In this document: positions 28,832 to 37,753 of the stretch, piece by piece | How positions within the stretch are numbered: position 1 is the first letter of the stretch | How the letters are laid out: every line of letters starts with the position of its first letter | Origin: a virus | Reading direction: 5' to 3' (one strand) | Virus record (IMG/VR): IMGVR_UViG_3300022879_000002 | Coordinates: 1 to 64,000 of that record | DNA length: 64,000 nucleotides | Notes under the pieces: model-generated | What the model was told of the DNA's origin: nothing | The model's input: the letters and a program-made list of their open reading frames with translations, nothing else | Databases searched by the model: none | Made by a program: the position numbers and the translations under genes

Positions 28832-30160
28832 TTACCATAAATCCTCAATATCAGCACTGTTTATTTCAGTTGATACTTCAGTTTTAGGTTCATCCTTAAT
28901 TCCATGCCACTTTTTCCATTCTACATCTGGCACTTCTCGAATTACCTTACATTTAGTCGCAGTTATTTCATACGATCCATCTTCAATTACATCTGTTCCA
29001 TCAATTTCAACTTCAATTAACACATTATCACTATTGTTATAATAAGTTGATTTTTTTAATTTGTTTTTATGATTGAAGAATAATTTACCACTACCACCAT
29101 ATGAACCTTTAACATATTCTTTCTCTGCTTTAACTTCTTTACCGATTACATATTCAAATGACGAACGATGAAAGCTCCGTAGCTTGTCGCCTGTTTTTTC
29201 AACAAACTTATAGAATTTCTTATCTTTATAAAATTCATTAACATCAAGTTCAATTGCTTCCTTTTCTGATTCGTATTCTCCAATTACTTCACCATTAATA
29301 ACTCTGTATTCATTACCATCCTTTAATTTAACTACTAATCTTTCACCCTTATCTAAATCATCTAAAATTTCATCAATATCATAATCAATTGGACGATATT
29401 CTTTAAAATAGTCTTCTGATTTAGAGAAGTTTGCAATACGATCAATAGCTACTTTTAAATCAAACTCTTCATCTTTTACATCATCAAATAGTCGATCATA
29501 AGACTCACCATACATTCCACCTAATTGTTCTTTTAGCTCATCATAAGATTTAATGTCCAATGTCATACACGTCATCAGAACCCGGAAATATTCTGCTTTT
29601 GAAATTTTATATCCCTTATCTTCATACTTTTGTGTACGAATAGCTGAAATTAGTGGGTAGCTTGTATTTGAATTAAATCGTAAAATACGTTGTGAATTAT
29701 GCTTTAAGAACTCTGAATGTAAAATGAATTCTTCAATTTCAAAATCATATGCACCCATGCAAACTGTAAAATCATATGTATCAAAAATATCTTCAACTTT
29801 CGCATATGTACGATAATGAATGATCTGTACTAGAATTTGTTCATCTAAGTATTTCTTAATGAATTGTGTAGCTTTCTTTGTGTGTGAGACTACATGATTT
29901 CCTGATAGAGTTTGTTCTGCGAATAAATAAAGTGAATTGTAATCACGGAAATACACATCTACATCATTAATGTCTTTATTAGTGAATAAACTTGAGATCA
30001 TTCCACCTGCAATAATAGCTTTGGATTTCTTTAGTGAGCTGTATAAGTCCTCCCCTAAGTATGCTTTCAGTTTATTCTTTTCAAATGTAAAATCGAATTG
30101 ACTTGTTATTACATCCTTTTTAATTTTACTGTACTGTTCTTCTGTTAAAGTGAATTGCAT
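28832..30160 (-). CDS. Nucleotidyltransferase-superfamily protein with extra C-terminal domain
   Basis: IAGGMISS...DINDVDVYF (hG[GS]...DhD), YDFTVC. Confidence 0.75.
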   Translation of the reverse strand: MQFTLTEEQYSKIKKDVITSQFDFTFEKNKLKAYLGEDLYSSLKKSKAIIAGGMISSLFTNKDINDVDVYFRDYNSLYLFAEQTLSGNHVVSHTKKATQFIKKYLDEQILVQIIHYRTYAKVEDIFDTYDFTVCMGAYDFEIEEFILHSEFLKHNSQRILRFNSNTSYPLISAIRTQKYEDKGYKISKAEYFRVLMTCMTLDIKSYDELKEQLGGMYGESYDRLFDDVKDEEFDLKVAIDRIANFSKSEDYFKEYRPIDYDIDEILDDLDKGERLVVKLKDGNEYRVINGEVIGEYESEKEAIELDVNEFYKDKKFYKFVEKTGDKLRSFHRSSFEYVIGKEVKAEKEYVKGSYGGSGKLFFNHKNKLKKSTYYNNSDNVLIEVEIDGTDVIEDGSYEITATKCKVIREVPDVEWKKWHGIKDEPKTEVSTEINSADIEDLW

Positions 30161-30185
30161 TTAGAATCATTCCTTTTTATGTATT

Positions 30186-30767
30186 TTATTTTTTAAGTGG
30201 ATTGAAATCAATTACCCCATCTAATTTATTGTACTCAGCGATAATTGTTTCAACTTGTTTTCTAAACTTCTCTGGAAATCTATCATTCTTACCATAGTTC
30301 TTACTTAAATATCTAAAGAAACTTTCTACTTTCTTAAAATACTCTGCTTCAGTAAAAATCCGATCACCGTACTTATCTTTACCTAATACACTTACAGTGA
30401 GTCGAGTATGTTTATTCTCATTTTCTTTTATGTACACATGTGCCCATTGATGAAATGAACCATCTTTATCTTCTTTATATTTAGTTGGGATTACATACAA
30501 ATCACCATCAATAAATTTATATTGATACTCTTCACCAAAACCGTTCATAAATTCAGGTATTACAACTTCAACGCCATCAATAATTTTCGTTCTAAGTAGG
30601 CTTTTATTGCGCTCATCATGTTCTTCATTCCATATTTTATTTTTAATCAACCTTACTACTTTAGATAATTCATTATGTAAATATTTATCTTCTGTTTTAG
30701 TAGTTTTATATGTATCACGAAAAGACATAATATTTTCTAGCTGTTCTTTAAGATACTCTGTATTCAA
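30186..30767 (-). CDS. Hypothetical protein
   Basis: ORF track. Confidence 0.75.
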   Translation of the reverse strand: MNTEYLKEQLENIMSFRDTYKTTKTEDKYLHNELSKVVRLIKNKIWNEEHDERNKSLLRTKIIDGVEVVIPEFMNGFGEEYQYKFIDGDLYVIPTKYKEDKDGSFHQWAHVYIKENENKHTRLTVSVLGKDKYGDRIFTEAEYFKKVESFFRYLSKNYGKNDRFPEKFRKQVETIIAEYNKLDGVIDFNPLKK

Positions 30768-30802
30768 TTTTATACCTCCTTATTTTAGATAATACGTATA
30801 TT

Positions 30803-31075
30803 TTATTGATCATACTTTTCAACTTCTGATAACCCTTCATATGTAATATTTGAATTAAAACTGCATAAATTATTATCACTATAAAATGGTTTGGTCAAAT
30901 AATTCTTTTCAACCAATTTATTTACGATGTCAGTAAATTCAGCCCAAGTCACACAAAAAATACTCTCAATAGTTTCCTTTCTTACCTCTTTGATTTGGGC
31001 GATTTTGTTTGTATTTTTAACATATTCTAAAATTTCATATTCAATTTGATTCAATGTTTTACCTCTCCTTTTCAT
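30803..31075 (-). CDS. Hypothetical protein (possible winged helix)
   Basis: EYEILEYV...F..IVNKLVEKNYL...ITYEG. Confidence 0.6.
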   Translation of the reverse strand: MKRRGKTLNQIEYEILEYVKNTNKIAQIKEVRKETIESIFCVTWAEFTDIVNKLVEKNYLTKPFYSDNNLCSFNSNITYEGLSEVEKYDQ

Positions 31076-31091
31076 AAAAGTGAATTATTAT

Positions 31092-31280
31092 TTAAAATCC
31101 TATTCCTTTTTCTTTTCCGCAGTATGTACACTTGTATAGATGTACACCTTCAATCACACACATGGGATCATTCTGAAAAGGTTGATCTGAAAAAGGAATG
31201 AAGCTGTACTTATACTTGTGTATATTTAACTTACAGAAAAATCTACTAATACACATATTTATTTTTAGTTTTAATTTCAT
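31092..31280 (-). CDS. Small Cys/His protein
   Basis: FCKLNIH...CTYCG. Confidence 0.65.
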   Translation of the reverse strand: MKLKLKINMCISRFFCKLNIHKYKYSFIPFSDQPFQNDPMCVIEGVHLYKCTYCGKEKGIGF

Positions 31281-31330
31281 ACGACTTTTGATCCCTTAAT
31301 TATTTCTAATTTATTTTTATCCACTATTTT

Positions 31331-31615
31331 TCACCTATTATATGTACTTGTATCAAAGTAGTTCCATTTAGTATTATTTAACATTATATCTAGAGTGTAC
31401 TTAGATTCTTCCTCTGTCATATTTGGATTTACTTTCATCCATGTTTCAATTAGTAAATTACCATCTGTCTGGTGCAGCATTGCCATTTTGCGAATCATAA
31501 GTAATTCTTTATCATTAAATTTCAGCTTAGAATTATTCTTAGCTGCTTTAATTAACTTCATAGCAATATCCTTCATCCTTTTTTCCTCTGAGTAAGTGAA
31601 CTTATAGCTACTCAT
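31331..31615 (-). CDS. Hypothetical protein
   Basis: Start moved to ATG 31615 after RBS GGAGGGG. Confidence 0.65.
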   Translation of the reverse strand: MSSYKFTYSEEKRMKDIAMKLIKAAKNNSKLKFNDKELLMIRKMAMLHQTDGNLLIETWMKVNPNMTEEESKYTLDIMLNNTKWNYFDTSTYNR

Positions 31616-31647
31616 CTCACCCCTCCTTTCATAATACTTATTTCTTA

Positions 31648-31893
31648 TTAAATCTCTATTTTTAATGTTCCATCCCAAGTTGTAATAATGAATGTTACTT
31701 TTTTATTTCTTATATCTAAATCATCCATAGGTATATGTTGAACGAACCCAGAGAAAATAGGTACACCCTTTTTTATAATTGTTAAGATTTGTTTTGTACT
31801 AATAACCTCAACCAACTGATATAGTTTAATGTTAATCCTCCTCCCCATTATCAATCGTTTTATTTGAAAATGACCCATGCTAAATGCTAACAT
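31648..31893 (-). CDS. Hypothetical protein (start uncertain)
   Basis: ORF track. Confidence 0.4.
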   Translation of the reverse strand: MLAFSMGHFQIKRLIMGRRINIKLYQLVEVISTKQILTIIKKGVPIFSGFVQHIPMDDLDIRNKKVTFIITTWDGTLKIEI

Positions 31894-31927
31894 AACTGTG
31901 ATATAAGTTGTAAAGGATTGATTATGT

Positions 31928-32089
31928 ATGACTGAAAAACTTAATACAAATACAGTTAATTGTGATGAGCATCAAGCATTGAAAAACTTGTTTAATGAAA
32001 TTTCTGATGATGAATTAGAAATTGCTAAGAAATATATTGAAGCATTACAAAAACTTAATAAGAAGTCTGAGAATAAATCCAAAGGATGA
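31928..32089 (+). CDS. 53-aa helical protein on the opposite strand
   Basis: Manual: MTEKLNTNTVNCDEHQALKNLFNEISDDELEIAKKYIEALQKLNKKSENKSKG; RBS AAGGA; own terminator. Confidence 0.65.
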   Translation: MTEKLNTNTVNCDEHQALKNLFNEISDDELEIAKKYIEALQKLNKKSENKSKG

Positions 32090-32104
32090 TCTCATCCTTT
32101 TTTT
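32081..32104. terminator. Bidirectional terminator
   Basis: AAAGGATGA-TC-TCATCCTTT followed by a T-run. Confidence 0.7.
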
Positions 32105-32134
32105 ATTTATATAATATAATTCTTTTATCTAATT

Positions 32135-32761
32135 TTAAGAAACAATTTCACCACTTGAATAGTGATATATGTATTCTCGTACATGTTCTCTAAACATTGT
32201 GACTGTGTAATGCACTGTCCTTGGACTAACTCCGATTAAAGGAGCTACTTCATTTGTTGTTGTCTCTCTGTACATTAATGGGATCAGAAATGGATGGTAT
32301 TTATCGATAACCCATGTTTTTGCGTACTCAATTGCATTATGTAGGTATATATAATCTTTTTTATGTAGAACATCTTTATTTGATACATCCAGAATGTCGA
32401 TTAGCTTACTTCCATCATTATCTAACACATTCGAATCTAGATATGAAAACGAATAACCTGAAGTATCTCTTTTCTTCCTTGTTGCTGCGTTTATGCTTTT
32501 AATCACTTCGTTTCTCATTATTGAGTAACAGTATGTAGAAAATTTACAATTCTTTGATGTATTAAATGTCTGTGCTGCTCTAGAGAAAGCATAATTACAG
32601 TCACTTTCTATATCTTCATTTGTAATTGCTTTTGAGTTCTTAAATAGTTTTTCAACTTCAAATACTAACCCTTTATTTCTTTTGTATAACTCATCAAACG
32701 CTAACTCATTATTATCATTTCTATATAACTCTACTAATTCCTCATTTGTTAATTTATCCAT
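32135..32761 (-). CDS. Sigma-70 family sigma factor, SigH-like
   Basis: LTNEELVELY...AFDELY, EDI, KFSTYCYSIMRNEV...ATRKK, C-terminal HTH EVAPLIGVSPRTV. Confidence 0.8.
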   Translation of the reverse strand: MDKLTNEELVELYRNDNNELAFDELYKRNKGLVFEVEKLFKNSKAITNEDIESDCNYAFSRAAQTFNTSKNCKFSTYCYSIMRNEVIKSINAATRKKRDTSGYSFSYLDSNVLDNDGSKLIDILDVSNKDVLHKKDYIYLHNAIEYAKTWVIDKYHPFLIPLMYRETTTNEVAPLIGVSPRTVHYTVTMFREHVREYIYHYSSGEIVS

Positions 32762-32773
32762 TCAATTAATCCT

Positions 32774-33031
32774 CTATGTATAGTATCTCTCTTTATTATT
32801 TAGAAGCCTACCCTTGCTTGGTAATCTTACACTCAATATACCATTTATTTTCAACAAATCATCTTTCTCTTTATATGTATCGATAAATAAAACATTAAGT
32901 ACTGGTGATATATATGTAATGGAACCTAATTCAGTTAATTTTTCAAGTACTCTATTATCTCTATATGTAACTATAAATTGATGCGTTGATTTTCTATTGT
33001 CATGCACCCCACTACTCCAATCTCTCGCCAT
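32774..33031 (-). CDS. Small ferredoxin-fold-like protein (subtilisin-propeptide I9 / YlbG-like)
   Basis: FIVTY...LTELGSITYISPVLNVLFI...GILSV; start moved to ATG 33031. Confidence 0.45.
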   Translation of the reverse strand: MARDWSSGVHDNRKSTHQFIVTYRDNRVLEKLTELGSITYISPVLNVLFIDTYKEKDDLLKINGILSVRLPSKGRLLNNKERYYT

Positions 33032-33118
33032 CTGATTCACTCCTTTTATATAATGTTTAAACAAGTCTCTCTCGCAAGAGTACCTATTCAATATAAGCAC
33101 TCTTGCTATAAATGACAT

Positions 33119-33307
33119 TTATTTCTGCTTCCAGATACTCTCATTAATCGATTCAGCTTCATTTTCAATACTGTACCAATCATTAGCTAAGCCAAGATTA
33201 ATTTCTGCCATTTCCTGATACCCTATTTCCATCTGTTTGATCATTGCTTCTCTAAGCTTGTCCTGTATTCTGGAGTCTTCATTTAGCTGCTTTATTTCTT
33301 CAATCAT
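33119..33307 (-). CDS. MazE (NdoAI) antitoxin C-terminal mimic
   Basis: QMEIGYQEMAEINLGLANDWYSIENEAE resembles the B. subtilis MazE tail MRRGYMEMAKINL...AECEAE; no RHH domain. Confidence 0.8.
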   Translation of the reverse strand: MIEEIKQLNEDSRIQDKLREAMIKQMEIGYQEMAEINLGLANDWYSIENEAESINESIWKQK

Positions 33308-33429
33308 TCCACCCATCTCCATTCATTATTATGTATTTATTACATTAGTCACCGACAATTTGTTACATAACAACTTCACTACTGATCGAGAATGGATTTA
33401 CATTCCTTTATTTCTACTAGAATATGTAT

Positions 33430-33473
33430 ATCTTACTATATTAAGTTCAAATAATCAATAGTTTTATGTATTT
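33430..33473 (-). promoter_or_regulatory. Promoter TTGATT-17-TAAGAT with upstream box
   Basis: -10 at 33430-35, -35 at 33453-58, box at 33464. Confidence 0.6.
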
Positions 33474-33497
33474 ATTTATATAATATTCCACTATTAT

Positions 33498-33659
33498 TTA
33501 TTCCAAAGACATATAGTCATCTTGGATTTCATTCAGAAAATCATTAATTTTTTCTAATAAATGATTTTTAATACCTGCGTTATTCATCATCGAAAGTACT
33601 TCATCTAACAGCTCTACTGCTATCCCAAGTCGTTCCTCTACTAAATCTATTTCATCCAT
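33498..33659 (-). CDS. 53-aa hypothetical protein
   Basis: Manual: MDEIDLVEERLG...; RBS GGAG. Confidence 0.6.
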   Translation of the reverse strand: MDEIDLVEERLGIAVELLDEVLSMMNNAGIKNHLLEKINDFLNEIQDDYMSLE

Positions 33660-33684
33660 AATTAATTCTCCTATGATTTTATTT

Positions 33685-34113
33685 TCACTTCATCATCCGA
33701 TGCATTTGAAATATATGATTAAATGAACGTGCATCTTTTTCTGTGATTCCCAAACTGTGTTCAACACCATGCACTTTAATTAGTACTGGAATCTCACCTT
33801 TTGCATTTGGATGTAACTCATACATAAAATCATCAATGTGAGTTGAAGTTTCGTAAGTTTCATTTTCATCTTTGTACATTTTTAAGCTCTCTTCTAGCAA
33901 TTTCACTTTATTAGTTAATGGTGTTAAGTTTACTTGTTGAAGATATTTAACTAAGAAATAACCACTAAAACCTTCTAAGAACACAACTTGCGAACCACTC
34001 GAAGAAGTAAACTCATCACCTTTGCAAGTCCAAATTTGACCTTTGTAGTGTTCTGCTTCACCGCAAGTATGCATAACAACTTTATCGTCTTTTTTCAATG
34101 GTTCATTGCTCAC
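33685..34113 (-). CDS. Hypothetical phage protein
   Basis: DKVVMHTCGEA...VFLEGFSGYF. Confidence 0.75.
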   Translation of the reverse strand: MSNEPLKKDDKVVMHTCGEAEHYKGQIWTCKGDEFTSSSGSQVVFLEGFSGYFLVKYLQQVNLTPLTNKVKLLEESLKMYKDENETYETSTHIDDFMYELHPNAKGEIPVLIKVHGVEHSLGITEKDARSFNHIFQMHRMMK

Positions 34114-34116
34114 TCT

Positions 34117-34302
34117 TCATTTCCCCATTTCATGTGAATTTTTGATAATTGAAATCGCCTTGTCTAAAGGTACTTTTAGTAAATAGCATTGATAGCCAAG
34201 TTCTAATGTCCAAATTGTAGCTTCACTTAGTAACTTGTCCTTTTGAATTTCCTCTAACGATTGACCGTTATCTCTGCGATTTATATATTCTTCTATTGTC
34301 AT
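34117..34302 (-). CDS. Hypothetical protein
   Basis: ORF track. Confidence 0.65.
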   Translation of the reverse strand: MTIEEYINRRDNGQSLEEIQKDKLLSEATIWTLELGYQCYLLKVPLDKAISIIKNSHEMGK

Positions 34303-34323
34303 TATCTATGTCTCCTTAGAATT

Positions 34324-34500
34324 TTATTTTTCAGTTTCAATTGGTATATATTCGTCAATTTTCATATCCAATGTTTTTTCAGTGGAGATGATATTTCTAT
34401 CACTTACTTTGTTCATTGCATCTTCATAAGAATTAGCTTCCACTACCACCAATACTCTTTTGGTTATTTTTTGTTTAGCGATTATTTTATATAATGTCAT
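34324..34500 (-). CDS. 58-aa hypothetical protein
   Basis: Manual: MTLYKIIAKQK... Confidence 0.6.
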   Translation of the reverse strand: MTLYKIIAKQKITKRVLVVVEANSYEDAMNKVSDRNIISTEKTLDMKIDEYIPIETEK

Positions 34501-34562
34501 TAATTATTTCATCATCTCCTTCGCTACATCTTTCTAAATATTTAAATAATAGAGTGGTTTTA

Positions 34563-34826
34563 TTAAATTCCTTTGCGTATATTCCACGCCTGTATAGCTT
34601 CATCCCTACTTTCATAAAGATATACACCCATTGTTGCATCATCTACATCATAAGTGGCAATTGGACATCCTTCATTTTCTTCGTGAGCATGGTGTATTTT
34701 AAATGATAGCCCTGACCACGGATCTTTTTCGTATTCCTCATCACGTAAATTTCCTTCATCATCACTAATAACAAGTTGAACTTGTCCCCCACAAAACGGA
34801 CATGGTTTAAGTTTATGATTACTCAT
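34563..34826 (-). CDS. Lar-family restriction alleviation protein
   Basis: LKPCPFCGG...C...AIQAWN.R. Confidence 0.75.
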   Translation of the reverse strand: MSNHKLKPCPFCGGQVQLVISDDEGNLRDEEYEKDPWSGLSFKIHHAHEENEGCPIATYDVDDATMGVYLYESRDEAIQAWNIRKGI

Positions 34827-34865
34827 CTCAATTGCTCCTTCGTTAAAAATTTTTCATTCTAAAAT

Positions 34866-35207
34866 CTAGCCTATATAAACATCTTCAAAAGCTGCTCTTT
34901 CATCAGATAGTTTCATATTAAAATCTTTAATCTTCTTAGTTAATGTATACTTTTTACACTCTCCACACCAAGCATATGGATATGTACTATTAACTTTATT
35001 TCCTAATTTATGTTCTATGTATTTGTTAAACTTATCAATGTCATGTTTTCGCCAAAAGAAAATCTTATTATACTCATATTGCTCTTCAAAACTTTTATCA
35101 TATTTAACTTCCATATCAGTACAAGTATCAACAGATCCTCCGTAAATTTCAAAACTCTCTTGAGGATGCGATTCGCTTATCCAGATATCGCCTAGCTTTA
35201 ATTTCAT
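34866..35207 (-). CDS. Hypothetical protein
   Basis: ORF track. Confidence 0.7.
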   Translation of the reverse strand: MKLKLGDIWISESHPQESFEIYGGSVDTCTDMEVKYDKSFEEQYEYNKIFFWRKHDIDKFNKYIEHKLGNKVNSTYPYAWCGECKKYTLTKKIKDFNMKLSDERAAFEDVYIG

Positions 35208-35236
35208 ACAAATATCCCCTTCCAGTGTATGTATTG

Positions 35237-35410
35237 TTAAAATCCTACGTACTTCATTAATATCTGAAATGGACGATAATCATTAGATATGTAGCGCATA
35301 TTACTTCCTACTTGCCATCCATTCTTATTACATTCTACAATGTTTTCATGTAGCTCAATTTCATTACTCGCTTTAAGAATCTTCTTTCCGTTAAATTTAT
35401 TAAACTCCAT
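35237..35410 (-). CDS. 57-aa hypothetical protein
   Basis: Manual: MEFNKFNGKK... Confidence 0.55.
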   Translation of the reverse strand: MEFNKFNGKKILKASNEIELHENIVECNKNGWQVGSNMRYISNDYRPFQILMKYVGF

Positions 35411-35520
35411 ATATTTGTCCTCTGTTATGTATTATATTTTTGATAATTACGGATTTTATTTGCTTTAAGTATCAAGTATGTATTACTAATTTTAAATAAT
35501 ATCTATATATTATGTATTTA

Positions 35521-35715
35521 TTAATATTTAACTTCCTTCACTACTCCAACACTTACCATGTACTTCGCATAGCAAATTGAATCGCAATATAAATTGGCAT
35601 CATCTATAAAGTATTCATCTTCTCTGGTGAGTTCATTTGAACATTCCTTATTTGCACAACAACCAATTACATTAATATCGTGATATTTATTCAGCTTCTT
35701 CACCCTCTCCAACAT
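35521..35715 (-). CDS. Small Cys-rich (Zn-binding) protein
   Basis: CCANKEC...YCDSIC. Confidence 0.65.
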   Translation of the reverse strand: MLERVKKLNKYHDINVIGCCANKECSNELTREDEYFIDDANLYCDSICYAKYMVSVGVVKEVKY

Positions 35716-35926
35716 TACTGTTTTCTTTTAGTGGATTATACTCTTTTTGTAGTTCGAAATATTTGAATCCTGCTCCTACTTTAAGGTCTACTAATCGTTT
35801 AATTAACCAATCACATTCAGCAGTCCATGTAATCATAGTGTCATCATTATTAAGCATTGATCCTTTATCATACTTGTTGATAATCGTATCAAATGTGTTT
35901 CTTAAATTTGCAATATCCTTATTCAT
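35687..35926 (-). CDS. Hypothetical protein
   Basis: ORF track. Confidence 0.65.
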   Translation of the reverse strand: MNKDIANLRNTFDTIINKYDKGSMLNNDDTMITWTAECDWLIKRLVDLKVGAGFKYFELQKEYNPLKENSNVGEGEEAE

Positions 35927-36037
35927 TTTTATCTCACCTTTATGTATATGTATTTATTTAACTTAAACTTTTATTGATGTGATATTGGCTCTTGTACCAT
36001 ACCACATCATTTTCTCACAAAGACAACATAACCAGCT

Positions 36038-36487
36038 TCACCCCTTAATTTTCCTCAGTACTTCATAACTTGGATAGTTCATATTTAAGTATTTTTTCAT
36101 CTCATCTATGTTAGATGCATTACCTGTTTCAATTATAGATAAATCTTCTGCATTATATAAAAAAATATTATTATGCATTAAAATTAAACTATAATCACCT
36201 CTACCATCAATCCTAATCATGTCACTCATATCAAACGAATTATTTTCAGATAAATAGTATTTTACTTCTGGTGTACGTTTTAAAATTTCAACTACCTCAC
36301 CATCTTCAGTTAATTCAGCAATCTCAACAAAATGGAAATCTGAGCATTCTGTTATTAACTTATTACCTCTTACATTAGTTACTTGTAGTCCATTAGTAGG
36401 TATTAACCTATCATATAGTGCTAATAATTCTTCTGGGCTATTATCCTGAATTACTACTTCAGACTGAATCTTTGCTACTATTGTCAT
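36038..36487 (-). CDS. Hypothetical protein under a putative LexA-controlled promoter
   Basis: RBS GGGGGAG; own promoter. Confidence 0.75.
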   Translation of the reverse strand: MTIVAKIQSEVVIQDNSPEELLALYDRLIPTNGLQVTNVRGNKLITECSDFHFVEIAELTEDGEVVEILKRTPEVKYYLSENNSFDMSDMIRIDGRGDYSLILMHNNIFLYNAEDLSIIETGNASNIDEMKKYLNMNYPSYEVLRKIKG

Positions 36488-36555
36488 AATTATATACTCC
36501 CCCTTTTTTAATTAATTAGCTTATCTATGGTATAAATAGTTGCTTTATTAATACA

Positions 36556-36609
36556 ATTTTACCAATTGTCTAAAATATTGTCAATCTAAAAATGAAAACA
36601 TTTGTTCGT
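36556..36609 (-). promoter_or_regulatory. SigA promoter TTGACA-17-TAAAAT with upstream LexA box
   Basis: -10 at 36556-61, -35 at 36579-84; CGAACAAATGTTTT at about 36595-36608. Confidence 0.75.
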
Positions 36610-36725
36610 ATTTTTGTTCGATATTTTTTAAGAACATTTAAATTGTACTTTCCAAAGTATAATAATTTATATACTCTTAAAAAATATCAAATTCAATTAA
36701 TATATTTATATATTTATATGTATAA

Positions 36726-36756
36726 GAGAGCTGAATGATTAATTCATTCAGTCTTT
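36726..36756 (-). terminator. Terminator after the repressor gene
   Basis: CTGAATGA...TCATTCAG stem. Confidence 0.6.
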
Positions 36757-36763
36757 CAGTTCT

Positions 36764-37753
36764 CTATATTTTAACCTCAAAATGACCATATTCATCCTGC
36801 ATAAAATCAAAATCCATTGTTTCTCTGATTCGTTGTAATTGAGGATACTCTTTATTATTAGAGGTTATAGTACTCAAATTATATTTTTTAACTAACTCGT
36901 CTACAATGATCAAATCAAAAACTCTCTCTCCTTTTTGATTCATCCATTCATTTGCATAGTACATCATTCCACTAATTTCAATAGTTGTTGCAGTTACATT
37001 ACTATCTTCAAATGTATCCTTTATTCTCTGCATAATGATTGTACTAATCATAGAAGATGTTATACGAACATCATTGTCTTTACCTAGTCTATTTTTTCTA
37101 AAAATGTATTCACCATCAACTAATCGTGCCATTTTCCCACTAGGACTTTTTATTTCTGAAGTATTATAAGTTTTAATTAATAGATCATGAAGTTCTTTAG
37201 ATATTTCAATTTGTCTACTGTCTAAGTTTATTTCATCTGAAAGTACATTTAAAAAGTATTTATCATCTTTTGTAGTAATGTCATCCATTCTTAAATTTCT
37301 TATTTCAGAAAATGATGATCCAACAATTCCCTCAAACAATAGAAGTACAATAACCTTATCCCTGTTGTTATCCAGTAACTCAATTTTATTAAGAAGTTCT
37401 TCTCTTGTGTAATAATGTTTACCTGCGTTCCATACATAAGTAGAAACATACTCATCATTAATTACATCAACAATTGGATGAGTTGGTGAAGTACTATGCC
37501 CATTGTCTATAGCCCATGTAATATAGTTCTTAATAGTGTTGATAAATATAATTGCAGATCTTTTTGTTTGTCTTTTTGCTTGTCTAAATAACAAATCCAA
37601 CATGGAGTTATCCATATCATATAAATCTGTTTCATGTTTTCTTTCAAATGATTCAGTACGATTGAATATCGAGTAGTAAGTTTTCTTAGATGAATCAGAT
37701 AAATTCAATGTTTCAAGAAATGATTTCTTGTATTCCTCGTTATACATAATCAC
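36764..37753 (-). CDS. mrpR: MrpR/YopR-like master repressor (degenerate tyrosine-recombinase fold)
   Basis: MYNEEYKKSFL..., LLFEGIVG...SEIRNL; lacks the catalytic R and HxxR; last gene of the SPbeta-type triplet. Confidence 0.78.
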   Translation of the reverse strand: MIMYNEEYKKSFLETLNLSDSSKKTYYSIFNRTESFERKHETDLYDMDNSMLDLLFRQAKRQTKRSAIIFINTIKNYITWAIDNGHSTSPTHPIVDVINDEYVSTYVWNAGKHYYTREELLNKIELLDNNRDKVIVLLLFEGIVGSSFSEIRNLRMDDITTKDDKYFLNVLSDEINLDSRQIEISKELHDLLIKTYNTSEIKSPSGKMARLVDGEYIFRKNRLGKDNDVRITSSMISTIIMQRIKDTFEDSNVTATTIEISGMMYYANEWMNQKGERVFDLIIVDELVKKYNLSTITSNNKEYPQLQRIRETMDFDFMQDEYGHFEVKI

